A stretch of 64,000 nt of DNA from Actinomycetota bacterium (GTDB lineage Bacteria; Actinomycetota; CADDZG01; JAHWKV01): assembly GCA_051005875.1 (NCBI GenBank), contig JBPCIX010000077.1, positions 9,537-73,536 on the forward strand, given 5' to 3'. Made by a program: the position numbers and the translations under genes. How positions within the stretch are numbered: position 1 is the stretch's first letter; each line of letters starts with the position of its first letter. This document shows positions 11,390 to 19,820 of the stretch, in pieces. The notes under the pieces are model-generated. The model was not told the origin of the DNA and did no database searches. It saw only the letters and a program-made list of their open reading frames with translations.

Positions 11390-12747
11390 AAGTAGCTCGC
11401 ACCTATCCGAAGGTTGTTGTCATCGGCCGCCCGAATGTAGGGAAATCAACGCTCGTCAATCGGTTGTCCGCCAGAAGGAACTCGTTGGTGGGCCCCGCGG
11501 CGGGCCTGACTCGCGACAGGGTTGAAACGGAAGTCGAATGGCGCGGCCGCAAGTTCATCATTTCTGATACAGGTGGGCTAATTGAAACCCCGCGGGAATC
11601 GGCGGACGCCCCTCAGACAATCACCGGCAAAGTCTCTCAGACGGCCCTCAAGTCGGTCGACAGCGCCGATGTGGTCGTGTTTGTGGTTGACGCCCACTCC
11701 GGCACGACTTCAGAGGACTTACTGCTTGCGAAGCGTTTGAGGGGAGTGGAGATACCGGTGATCGTCGCTGTAAACAAGGTGGACGGGCAGGCAGCAGAGG
11801 CCTCTTCTTCGGAATTTTGGAGCCTGGGGCTTGGTGAGCCGATAGGTGTCTCGGCCCTGCACGGACGAAGCTCCGGCGAGCTGCTGGACAGAATAGACGA
11901 GGCCCTGCCCAGGCTCGATCCGGAAGTGCCGGTTGCCGACATTCCCTCGATAGCGATAGTCGGCCGGCCCAACGTGGGCAAGTCATCTTTGTTCAATAGA
12001 ATAATCGGCGAGAATCGAGCGATTGTGCACGACGAGCCCGGCACCACCCGAGATTCGATCGACAGCATTGTCGAGCTTGGCGGCAAGCATTACCGGTTTG
12101 TCGATACCGCCGGTCTTAGCCGCCGCTCCAAGACCAAAGGGGTCGCCGCGTGGAGCGCGGGCCGGACTCGTGCGGCATTAGAGCGAGCCGATCTTGCCAT
12201 CATCGTTCTCGATGCCAGCGAGGGCGCTACCGCTCAGGACCAGAAAATAGCCAGAGACGTTTCGGAGGCAGGGGTGGGGGCACTACTGGTATTGAACAAA
12301 TGGGATCTACTTGAAGACCCCGACGAGTCAAAGTTGATCGAAGCCACGGCCGCTGAGCGCCTGAAGTTCGTAGATTTTGCCCCGACCTTTCGAATATCCG
12401 CCCTCACGAAAAGAGGCATCCAAAAAATTCTGGCGCAACTCGAACCGGTCCTCGAAGCAAGACAAGTGCGGGTGGGAACGGGGAGCCTCAATCAATTGAT
12501 TCAGCAGGCTCACCAAAAGGCTCCGCCACCGAGGGACCGCAACCGCGCCGTAAGGGTGCTGTATGCCACGCAGGCCTCGACTGCTCCGCCTACATTCGTC
12601 CTGTTTTCGACCGGACCCCTGCCGGCGGCATGGCTGCGCTTTCTCGAACGGAGACTAAGAGAAGAGTACGGATTTTTCGGCAACCCGATTCGTATCGTAG
12701 TCAGAGAGCGAGAAAGACAAACCCGGCAAGCTAGTGGGCAGCACTAG
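11386..12747 (+). CDS. der: Ribosome-biogenesis GTPase Der (EngA)
   Basis: Two tandem GTPase domains (GRPNVGKST x2) and a KH-like C-terminus. TTG start overlaps the cmk stop (TTGA). Confidence 0.95.
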   Translation: MKVARTYPKVVVIGRPNVGKSTLVNRLSARRNSLVGPAAGLTRDRVETEVEWRGRKFIISDTGGLIETPRESADAPQTITGKVSQTALKSVDSADVVVFVVDAHSGTTSEDLLLAKRLRGVEIPVIVAVNKVDGQAAEASSSEFWSLGLGEPIGVSALHGRSSGELLDRIDEALPRLDPEVPVADIPSIAIVGRPNVGKSSLFNRIIGENRAIVHDEPGTTRDSIDSIVELGGKHYRFVDTAGLSRRSKTKGVAAWSAGRTRAALERADLAIIVLDASEGATAQDQKIARDVSEAGVGALLVLNKWDLLEDPDESKLIEATAAERLKFVDFAPTFRISALTKRGIQKILAQLEPVLEARQVRVGTGSLNQLIQQAHQKAPPPRDRNRAVRVLYATQASTAPPTFVLFSTGPLPAAWLRFLERRLREEYGFFGNPIRIVVRERERQTRQASGQH

Positions 12748-12766
12748 GCGGTAGACTCATAGAAAG

Positions 12767-12840
12767 CGGGCCGTAGCGCAGTTTGGTAGCGCACTCGGCT
12801 GGGGGCCGAGTGGTCGCAGGTTCAAATCCTGTCGGCCCGA
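12767..12840 (+). tRNA. tRNA-Pro (anticodon GGG)
   Basis: Cloverleaf read by hand: acceptor CGGGCCG/CGGCCCG, D-arm GCGC/GCGC, anticodon stem CTCGG/CCGAG with loop CTGGGGG, T-arm GCAGG-TTCAAAT-CCTGT. No encoded CCA. Confidence 0.85.
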
Positions 12841-12914
12841 CTAAAAATTTTCACGTGGTAGAAACGCCCCCGCTGGTATCCGACATATAAAAGCCGGTGG
12901 TGTATACTGCATGC

Positions 12915-13151
12915 ATGCTGAGGAAGCAGATCTATATCGATGAGGATCTTGACTCTCGACTCAAATCGATGGCCGTTGCCGAAGGCCGCTCAGCGGCGGC
13001 GATCGTCCGGGACGCGGTGCGGGCATACCTGGCGCGCCCAGACGGCTCGGACAGTGATGATCCCTTCTTACGCCTTGCCGGGAGTATCCGCGGGGGGCGG
13101 TCGGATTCTTCGGTCGACCATGATCGCTACCTGTATCGAGACGCCCGGTAG
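12915..13151 (+). CDS. vapB: Ribbon-helix-helix antitoxin (VapB/CopG-like)
   Basis: Small protein (MLRKQIYIDEDLDSRLKSMAVAEGRSAAAIVRDAVRAY) with RHH fold residues, immediately upstream of the PIN gene. TATACT -10 box lies ~7 nt before the ATG, suggesting a leaderless transcript. Confidence 0.7.
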   Translation: MLRKQIYIDEDLDSRLKSMAVAEGRSAAAIVRDAVRAYLARPDGSDSDDPFLRLAGSIRGGRSDSSVDHDRYLYRDAR

Positions 13152-13153
13152 GC

Positions 13154-13579
13154 GTGGGCCTGGCCTTCGTAGACTCGGGTGGCTGGATCGCCTTGTTGAA
13201 AGGCAACGACAAATTTCATCCGGCCGCTGTGAATTACTATCAGGCCCAAGCGGGGCGCGGCACTCGCTTCTTGACCACCAACTACGTCGTAGACGAGACG
13301 GCCACCAGGCTCATCTACGATGCCGGGCTGGATGCTGCAATGTCCTTCCGCAAAGCGCTCAAACAGTCCGTGAAGGGCCGCCGATTACGCGTGCTGTGGG
13401 TCCAGCCGCGCCATGAGGAGATGGGCTGGGATCTGTTGAGCGCAAACCCTGAGGTCGAGCTTTCCCTGACCGACGCCATCAGCGCGGCCATGGCCCGGCA
13501 GACAGGAATCTCGGAAGTCTTCGGATTCGACACAGACTTTAAAGCACTGGGATTCGATCTGAGGCCCGACGCCCCTTAA
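13154..13579 (+). CDS. vapC: PIN-domain ribonuclease toxin (VapC-like)
   Basis: FVDSGGWIALL...D...E...D acidic residues typical of the PIN fold. 141 aa, 2 nt after vapB. Confidence 0.72.
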   Translation: MGLAFVDSGGWIALLKGNDKFHPAAVNYYQAQAGRGTRFLTTNYVVDETATRLIYDAGLDAAMSFRKALKQSVKGRRLRVLWVQPRHEEMGWDLLSANPEVELSLTDAISAAMARQTGISEVFGFDTDFKALGFDLRPDAP

Positions 13580-13870
13580 ACAGTGATCGCCATCAGGGGG
13601 CGGACCTCGATAAAACCGGCCATCTGGTGCCGGGCATCCTCGAAGACAAGGAGGCAGTCCGCCTATCACGTCCTTGTCCAGACGGGCTGCCGCCCGCATT
13701 GCAGCGCGTACCTCGTCTTGCCGAGATGTTCACCGTTTAGCCTTTGTTGGCTGAAGTCTTTGCCCTTCGGGACCTGACTACAGGATTGAGCTTTCATCCG
13801 TCAAATCCTTTCGCTTAAAGGGCCAAAACCCAGGCAAGCAGGACTATTTTTGTGTCGGGCGTTCGTGACT

Positions 13871-15955
13871 TTATTGCGACGGTTGCCGCTGGCCCTTCCA
13901 TACTTGAGTAGGAATTCCTCGTAGGTACACCACTACCGCCAGCAGGGCGCCAACTGCGTTCACGAAAAGGATCGGGCCGGAGTCGTTGGAAAACGCTCCT
14001 GCGAGGCCGCCGGCCAGGCCTCCTATCAAGGCCGCATTGTATCCATCTCCTAGAACGGGCAGGAACGTAGATCTATTGCGGAAGACGAAAACCGCCACTA
14101 TGGCTGCCGACACCACAGCTACGTCGGCGCCGGCGTTACTCAGCACCCCAAGAGCCAGCTGGTAGCGCCGGGCAAACAGTTCCCAAATTTCTCGGAATCC
14201 ATTGGATCTCGTTAGGTTCAAGGCCAGATGACTCTTGCCTGCAAAAAGCAGATCCACTGCAATCAGCAGCCCCACCGCCACAACCGGCGCCAGAAGCAGC
14301 ATCAAAGTCCGCTTTCGGTTTAAGCGACCGGACATCGACGCCACGCAGGCCGTGGCGAATGCTGCTGCAACGGTTACAACTCCGCCCGCGTCGGCCCCCA
14401 AGCGCCCCCAGCCCACGATGAAAGCCAGAATAATTCCCCCGGCGGCAAAAGCCCCCGGCAGGATATTTTCACGGGTCCCCGCCACAGCGGCTATTCCGGT
14501 GAGCAACAGGACGGGGAGCATTGGTTCCAGCTCGTTTGAGATTCCATAAAACCGGCTTCCCGACGCGAGGCTCGGGCCTAGGACTGACGTCACCAACAAA
14601 CGTCCGCCAAAGGCCAGGTCTGCCGTTAGAAAAAGCAGACCCGACAAAACCGGAACAACCGGGCCTCTGGGCCATGGGAGCGCTCTGTCGGTCAAAGATC
14701 CCAGCGCGACCGAAAGCCCGCCTATCAGCAAAGACTCGATCATGGCGCCCTTGGGGGTGAGGACAGCGACGGCTAAAGATGTGACAGGCCACCACATCAA
14801 GGAGAGCCCCAAAGCACGCATGGTTACTTCCCCCAGGCGACGACTGACTCCTTTAACGGTTCCAACAATCAGGAACACGAGGCCGACCAGCAGAGCGATC
14901 ATCCTGATCGACCCGAGCTGGCGACCTGCACGCAGCTGTTCCCACCTGTGCCGCGTTAAGTCGAGTTGCTCTGCGGTGCGGGTCTCGCCCACCACAATCG
15001 TCTGGCCTCGCATCGGCTTAGGAGCAGCTATTTTTAGGTGACCCAGGATAGAGGGAGCAAGGTCAATTGTTGTAACAAGGCCGGGCTGCCGGGTAGAAGC
15101 CGAGGTCAGGGTTTTGGCGCCCAGGTCCGATGCCAGCCCCAGATCGCTTTGCCGGAGGTAACGCCGGGGGGCGAAACCCTCGATATTTGTTTCCGGTGGC
15201 GTGGGCGGCAGTTGAATGAAGATCAACATTTCGCTGTTGCCACGACCTGAAATCAATCGATCAAGAACGCTACGGCCGGCGGTTCCCGGCGGCAGACCCA
15301 TCACAACAAGAGACCTTCGGCCGAGCGCGCTTCGAGTCCGCTCTACCAGTGTCGCGGCAGTCCCTATCGATACTTCGGCCACCGACCCATTGCTATCGGC
15401 GGCCGCGAACGCAGCGTCGGTTCGCCCGCCCGTGTTGGAAACAAAGGCAGCCCCGCTTGGAATTGATTGCGCGAGGAGCCCGGGGCGCAGCGTCGCTGAA
15501 ACGTCTTGGGCACGCCGGACGGTGTCGGACCATCCACTAATCCGCCCGCCGCCGGGTGGGGTTTTGATCAGGGCGAGCGGCTTGGGGTCGGGAGCATAAA
15601 GAGACAGCGGCTGGCGAGCCCCTTGAGAGATATCGATGAGGGCTTTTTGCCGATCGTATTCGCCCTGGCTGGTGGATAAAAGCGCGATTGCAAGCTTTCG
15701 CTGTTCCAGCTCCCGAAGCAGCCTGTCGTGAGTGTCGCCCTCGGCATTGATTGAAACGGTTTCGCCCGGGCCATCGGCCGATACGGCAAGCAAGACGCGC
15801 TCGGGGCAAGAACCGATCCCGCATGCCTGCGAGCCGGCAGTGCCCGCCGGAGCGCCCACGGAACCAGCAGTCCAGGCCGCCAGGAATACGATGACCATCG
15901 CGGTCGCCGTCGCTACCTGCCGAACGGTGCTTGTCGAACCTGGTGACGCAGGCAT
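13871..15955 (-). CDS. Membrane protein: signal anchor + alkaline-phosphatase/type-I-phosphodiesterase-like ectodomain + C-terminal polytopic (about 8-9 TM) domain
   Basis: VLLAVSADGPGE (phosphodiesterase-like metal-site motif) and GLVTTIDLAPSILGHLKI (the DIAPTIL motif of the AlkP/sulfatase superfamily), then many hydrophobic helices. Probable start is ATG at 15955; the track extends to 16129. Confidence 0.6.
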   Translation of the reverse strand: MPASPGSTSTVRQVATATAMVIVFLAAWTAGSVGAPAGTAGSQACGIGSCPERVLLAVSADGPGETVSINAEGDTHDRLLRELEQRKLAIALLSTSQGEYDRQKALIDISQGARQPLSLYAPDPKPLALIKTPPGGGRISGWSDTVRRAQDVSATLRPGLLAQSIPSGAAFVSNTGGRTDAAFAAADSNGSVAEVSIGTAATLVERTRSALGRRSLVVMGLPPGTAGRSVLDRLISGRGNSEMLIFIQLPPTPPETNIEGFAPRRYLRQSDLGLASDLGAKTLTSASTRQPGLVTTIDLAPSILGHLKIAAPKPMRGQTIVVGETRTAEQLDLTRHRWEQLRAGRQLGSIRMIALLVGLVFLIVGTVKGVSRRLGEVTMRALGLSLMWWPVTSLAVAVLTPKGAMIESLLIGGLSVALGSLTDRALPWPRGPVVPVLSGLLFLTADLAFGGRLLVTSVLGPSLASGSRFYGISNELEPMLPVLLLTGIAAVAGTRENILPGAFAAGGIILAFIVGWGRLGADAGGVVTVAAAFATACVASMSGRLNRKRTLMLLLAPVVAVGLLIAVDLLFAGKSHLALNLTRSNGFREIWELFARRYQLALGVLSNAGADVAVVSAAIVAVFVFRNRSTFLPVLGDGYNAALIGGLAGGLAGAFSNDSGPILFVNAVGALLAVVVYLRGIPTQVWKGQRQPSQ

Positions 15956-15971
15956 ACGATGCAAAATGTAC

Positions 15972-16967
15972 TTAGTTCCTAACGCTATGGCTTCCAATGG
16001 GGCCGCCGGTCGAAGAACTATTCGCGCCGGGCGGGTCGGGGCGAAGTCTACTTGACACGCCCTCAAGTAAGGAGCGCACCAACCGGCAAAACGAGGGCCA
16101 GTTGACGAATACGATGACCACCGTGGCAATCCAGGCCGTGTAGTCCAAATGCATCGTCAGCCATATGCCTACATGTAACGCCACGGCCCCCGGCACGAAC
16201 AACCAGGCGGCTCGCGGACGCCACAACACCAACGGAAAGCCAAGCTCGAACGCCAAAGTCATCGTTGCAAAGACTCTGGCCAGCCAAACCCTTCCGGCGA
16301 TGAACAGGGCAAGTGCGTTTGGTTCTGGCTGCGAATCGCTTGACGCGTAAAGGATCCAGCGCATGTTGTCGCCAAAAGCCCAGGCCGGGCCGGAATTTCG
16401 AACCTTAGCAAGGCCGGCAAAAAAGTAGGCCCCTGCGACCACGATCATTGCCGTTCGAATAGGCCAACCGTACTTGACGCTTGCTTGGGGCGAAAGCATT
16501 CCCCGGCCCCGCCGCCGGGCGTCGATCGACCATGCATCTGCGCATGGGGCCAGCAAAAGGGGCGCCACACACAGGAGCAGCATGACGTCGTTATGCATGA
16601 CCTTGCCAATGCTTGTGTGCATGCCGTTGAGAAAAACCGCCGACGTCCAGGCGGTGGGAACACTCAATCTGGTGAAAAGCCCGGCAGCGGCCATCAAGGC
16701 CGAACCCACCCCAAGAATCTGGACCACGATAACAACCGGGCGCTGAGGCATCGAGGAAAACATGTTCATGAACGACAAGGGCCTAAAGAGCGCCGGCGGC
16801 TGTCCCGCCAGCTCCAAGTACAAACGCCTGGAAAGCCGGGCGGCAAGCACCAGGAACAGGCCAATCCGAAGAGCCGCAAGCCTTTCGGCGGATTCAACCG
16901 AAAATATCCAGGAATGGATACCGGCGGCCTTCCTTTTGGCCCAGGTCACCCTTTTAGCCCAGGTCAC
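15972..16967 (-). CDS. HTTM-domain (vitamin K-dependent gamma-carboxylase-like) membrane protein
   Basis: About 330 aa polytopic protein with LAALRIGLFLVLA, W/H-rich loops and architecture typical of bacterial HTTM proteins. GTG start overlaps the upstream stop (GTGA). N-terminal VTWAKR x2 repeat. Confidence 0.65.
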   Translation of the reverse strand: MTWAKRVTWAKRKAAGIHSWIFSVESAERLAALRIGLFLVLAARLSRRLYLELAGQPPALFRPLSFMNMFSSMPQRPVVIVVQILGVGSALMAAAGLFTRLSVPTAWTSAVFLNGMHTSIGKVMHNDVMLLLCVAPLLLAPCADAWSIDARRRGRGMLSPQASVKYGWPIRTAMIVVAGAYFFAGLAKVRNSGPAWAFGDNMRWILYASSDSQPEPNALALFIAGRVWLARVFATMTLAFELGFPLVLWRPRAAWLFVPGAVALHVGIWLTMHLDYTAWIATVVIVFVNWPSFCRLVRSLLEGVSSRLRPDPPGANSSSTGGPIGSHSVRN

Positions 16968-16975
16968 GCCCTTAA
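16934..16975. repeat. 18-bp x2 tandem duplication spanning the hypothetical-gene stop / HTTM start junction
   Basis: cttttggcccaggtcacc / cttttagcccaggtcacg. On the coding strand each copy carries GTGA; the product is VTWAKR-VTWAKR. Confidence 0.85.
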
Positions 16976-17458
16976 GCGCCTTACCGAGTTATCCCGGCAT
17001 TCAAATCGAAGGGTTGTGGTTGGGGGAGCGGCCCGCATTCCAGATCGCCTGGACAACCGCCACTCGGTGCTGTAGATGCGTACCGCCGGCAAGCCCCGCC
17101 CCGGCCCGCTTGCAGCCGCCGCCCAGGCTCGGCAGACAGCAACCTGTTCGGAGCGAGGCAGTCGTGAAAACTCTTTCAACACCTGGGGGAAACCGCGATA
17201 AGCGTAGGAAAGCCTGCCAAATGGTATGGGCAGCTCCGTTCCCGACAGATCGACTGCGGTTGCCTTCCAGGATGTCTGGCGATCGGTGCGTAGTTGGCTG
17301 AACAGTCTCCAACCGGTTAGGGGCCAAGCCTCCATCCCGAAATAGCCGCAGAACATGAACACCGTCAGGAAAACTGCGACGAACCATTGGGCGCTCCTGG
17401 GTACAACCCGGGTTACAACCTCGGGTCCAACGCCGGAGGGATTCGTCGAAGAACTCAT
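16964..17458 (-). CDS. Hypothetical protein with N-terminal TM helix, translationally coupled to the HTTM gene
   Basis: 164-aa ORF with one hydrophobic helix (WFVAVFLTVFMFCGYFG). 4-nt stop/start overlap with the HTTM gene. No recognisable domain. Confidence 0.5.
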   Translation of the reverse strand: MSSSTNPSGVGPEVVTRVVPRSAQWFVAVFLTVFMFCGYFGMEAWPLTGWRLFSQLRTDRQTSWKATAVDLSGTELPIPFGRLSYAYRGFPQVLKEFSRLPRSEQVAVCRAWAAAASGPGRGLPAVRIYSTEWRLSRRSGMRAAPPTTTLRFECRDNSVRRLRA

Positions 17459-17470
17459 TTCTTGTAGCCT

Positions 17471-18109
17471 ATGAGAAGCTTACGAATTCGAAAAGGAGCC
17501 CGAGACTTGTCCCTGCAGGCACCGCAAGAAATAGGCGTTCTGACTCGAAGATTCACGATCCCCAATCTCATCACGTCGTTGCGAATCGCACTAATTCCGG
17601 TCTTCGCATTCATTTTCCTATCGGGGCGTGCCGATCGTACGGCGTTTGTACTTCTTGCCGTTATCGGCGCCAGCGACTGGATCGATGGGTTTGTTGCCAG
17701 ACGAACCGGACAGGTGAGCGTCCTGGGTAAATTGCTTGACCCTGTAGCCGACCGGGCCGCCATCATGACCGTCTTGCTGGTACTTGCTTTCCGAGGTGCA
17801 ATCTGGTGGCCGCTGGCTGCGGCCATTTTGCTTCGCGACCTGTTGGTAACCATAGTATTTGTTGTGCTGGAATCAAAAGGCTTCCCGCGGTTGCCCGTAA
17901 ACCGGACCGGGAAGGCGGCCACGTTTGCGATTTTTGCGGGAATGGGGTTGGCTGTGTTCTCACTGGCATTTTCGACGCCTTTCGAAAAGCAGGTCGAAGC
18001 GGCGTCGTTGGCCTTGCTTGCGATGGGTGCAGCCATGTATTGGGTTGCGGGCGCATTATATTTAACCGAACTGAAGCGAACGGAGACGGTTAATGTCACA
18101 GATTCCTGA
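17471..18109 (+). CDS. CDP-alcohol phosphatidyltransferase family protein (PgsA-like)
   Basis: DWIDGFVARRTGQVSVLGKLLDPVADR matches the D(x)2DG(x)2AR...G(x)3D(x)3D signature. Multi-TM protein. Confidence 0.8.
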   Translation: MRSLRIRKGARDLSLQAPQEIGVLTRRFTIPNLITSLRIALIPVFAFIFLSGRADRTAFVLLAVIGASDWIDGFVARRTGQVSVLGKLLDPVADRAAIMTVLLVLAFRGAIWWPLAAAILLRDLLVTIVFVVLESKGFPRLPVNRTGKAATFAIFAGMGLAVFSLAFSTPFEKQVEAASLALLAMGAAMYWVAGALYLTELKRTETVNVTDS

Positions 18110-18497
18110 CGATCTGCAATATACCCGGGAGCACGAATGGGGCCGGCTGGATGTCGACGGCCGAATTACTGTGGGAATCACCGACTTTGCTCAAGAACAA
18201 ATGGGCGACGTTGTTTATCTTGACCTTCCTGCTGTTGGACAAGCCCTCGAAGGGGGCGAGCCGATGGGCGAAGTAGAGTCAACCAAATCTGTATCGGACA
18301 TATTTTCGCCTGTTACGGGGACCTGCGCCGAGGTAAATGTGGAAGCCAAGGACAATCCGGCCGCGCTAAACCAAGATCCATACGGCGAGGGCTGGCTGAT
18401 CGTCGTTGAGCCGTCGGACGCTACTGAGTTCGAAGGGTTGATGAGCGCAGAGGAGTACGAGAGTTTTTGCTCTGACGCACCCGCTCAGGAAGATTGA
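18093..18497 (+). CDS. gcvH: Glycine cleavage system H protein
   Basis: VESTKSVSDI lipoyl-lysine motif, 134 aa. Confidence 0.95.
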   Translation: MSQIPDDLQYTREHEWGRLDVDGRITVGITDFAQEQMGDVVYLDLPAVGQALEGGEPMGEVESTKSVSDIFSPVTGTCAEVNVEAKDNPAALNQDPYGEGWLIVVEPSDATEFEGLMSAEEYESFCSDAPAQED

Positions 18498-18547
18498 ATT
18501 GTCACCCCACTTGCTCAACCCTCTAGTTTCAGTTTAGAGTTACCTCT

Positions 18548-19042
18548 ATGTATTGTCACAATTGCGGTCATCGCAATCCTGCGGGCTCCAATTTTTGCAG
18601 CGCTTGTGGCACCACCCTTCAACCCGAGGATGCCGCCGACACCACGATCAACTTTCTGCCCGAACCCTCGGGCGAGGGCGCCGCCGAGGTCTCATTGCCC
18701 ATTCCCATCGAGGACCTCGAGGAAGGAAAGGCGATCGTGGTCATTAAAAAGGGCCCCGACGCCGGGACAAAGTTTGGGCTGGATAAGGACTGGATCGTCT
18801 GCGGCAGGGATTCGTCGAGCGACATATTTCTTGACGACGTGACCGTCTCTCGTAAGCACGCCGAAATCAAGAGAAGTGAAGCCGGATTTCAGATTTCAGA
18901 TTTGGGGAGCCTGAACGGAACCTTCTTGAACCGAGCCAGAGTGGATTCGGCGCCTCTTGGAAACGGCGACGAAATACAAATCGGAAAATTCAGGTTGATA
19001 TTCTTCACCGACGGTGCCGGCGGTGCCGACATGCCCGCCTGA
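18548..19042 (+). CDS. FHA-domain protein with N-terminal zinc ribbon (GarA/OdhI-position)
   Basis: CHNCGH...CSACG zinc ribbon, then FHA core (IVCGRDSSSDIFLDDVTVSRKHAEI...GSLNGTFLN). Located after gcvH, as in the mycobacterial gcvH-garA arrangement. Confidence 0.85.
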   Translation: MYCHNCGHRNPAGSNFCSACGTTLQPEDAADTTINFLPEPSGEGAAEVSLPIPIEDLEEGKAIVVIKKGPDAGTKFGLDKDWIVCGRDSSSDIFLDDVTVSRKHAEIKRSEAGFQISDLGSLNGTFLNRARVDSAPLGNGDEIQIGKFRLIFFTDGAGGADMPA

Positions 19043-19773
19043 TGGCTTCAACCAAGACGCAGCTGAGCATTGGGGAAGTCTTGAAGGCGCTGCGCCACGA
19101 ATTCTCGGACGTCTCGATTTCAAAGATTCGATTTCTGGAGACCGAGGGGCTGGTGGATCCGGAAAGGACCCCTTCGGGGTACCGAAAATTTAATGACTCC
19201 GACATAGCCAGGCTTCGCTACATACTTCGGCTCCAAAGGGATCACTTTATGCCGCTCAAGATAATCCGCAAGAGACTTCAGAACTTCGACCCGGCCGATC
19301 TGACGAACGGAACAGTGTCGGCGTCTGAAGGTCAGGTTGACGCTTCCTTGCCGAAATCGCCCTCAGATGAAGACGGGGGCTTGATCGAAGGAGGACTCAG
19401 CCTGAGTTGGGAGGAGTTCTTAAGCGCAAGCGGGCTGTCGAGTGACGAGATTGCGGAGCTCGAGGAGTTTGGTCTCGTCGAGGCGCGACTGCTTGATTCG
19501 GGAGAGATCTATTACAACGAAGACGACCTTCAGATGGCGAAAATTGCCAGGGAGTTCGCCAAGTTCGGGATCCATGCCCGGCATCTCAAGATGTACAAGA
19601 ATTTTGCAGAAAAAGAAGTCGGCTTGTTCGAACAGGTGATTCCGGCCGCCCGGACGAGTCCTGGCGAATCCACTCGAGGCCGAACACAGTCGTTGCTTGA
19701 ACTAGCAAAGCTCTCGCGGCGCATGAAACAGGTAATGCTGCGTTCCTGCCTGCGGGATTTCCTAAACGTCTAA
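19042..19773 (+). CDS. MerR-family transcriptional regulator (Rv1828-like)
   Basis: LSIGEVLKALRHEFSDVSISKIRFLE HTH_MerR N-terminus. Conserved position after the FHA gene. Confidence 0.8.
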   Translation: MASTKTQLSIGEVLKALRHEFSDVSISKIRFLETEGLVDPERTPSGYRKFNDSDIARLRYILRLQRDHFMPLKIIRKRLQNFDPADLTNGTVSASEGQVDASLPKSPSDEDGGLIEGGLSLSWEEFLSASGLSSDEIAELEEFGLVEARLLDSGEIYYNEDDLQMAKIAREFAKFGIHARHLKMYKNFAEKEVGLFEQVIPAARTSPGESTRGRTQSLLELAKLSRRMKQVMLRSCLRDFLNV

Positions 19774-19820
19774 TGGCCGCACAGACCAACTAACCCCCTA
19801 TCACTAACCAGGGCGCCTTC

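Noticed and set aside
13563-13570. 8-bp match (ggcccgac) to the tRNA-Pro 3' end at the end of vapC, a possible attR remnant
   Set aside because: Too short to be significant in GC-rich DNA. It is mentioned only as weak support within the vapBC finding.
18498-18547. Glycine riboswitch upstream of gcvH or gcvT
   Set aside because: gcvH overlaps the upstream gene, and the gcvT upstream region is coding, so no ~100-nt structured leader is available at either site.
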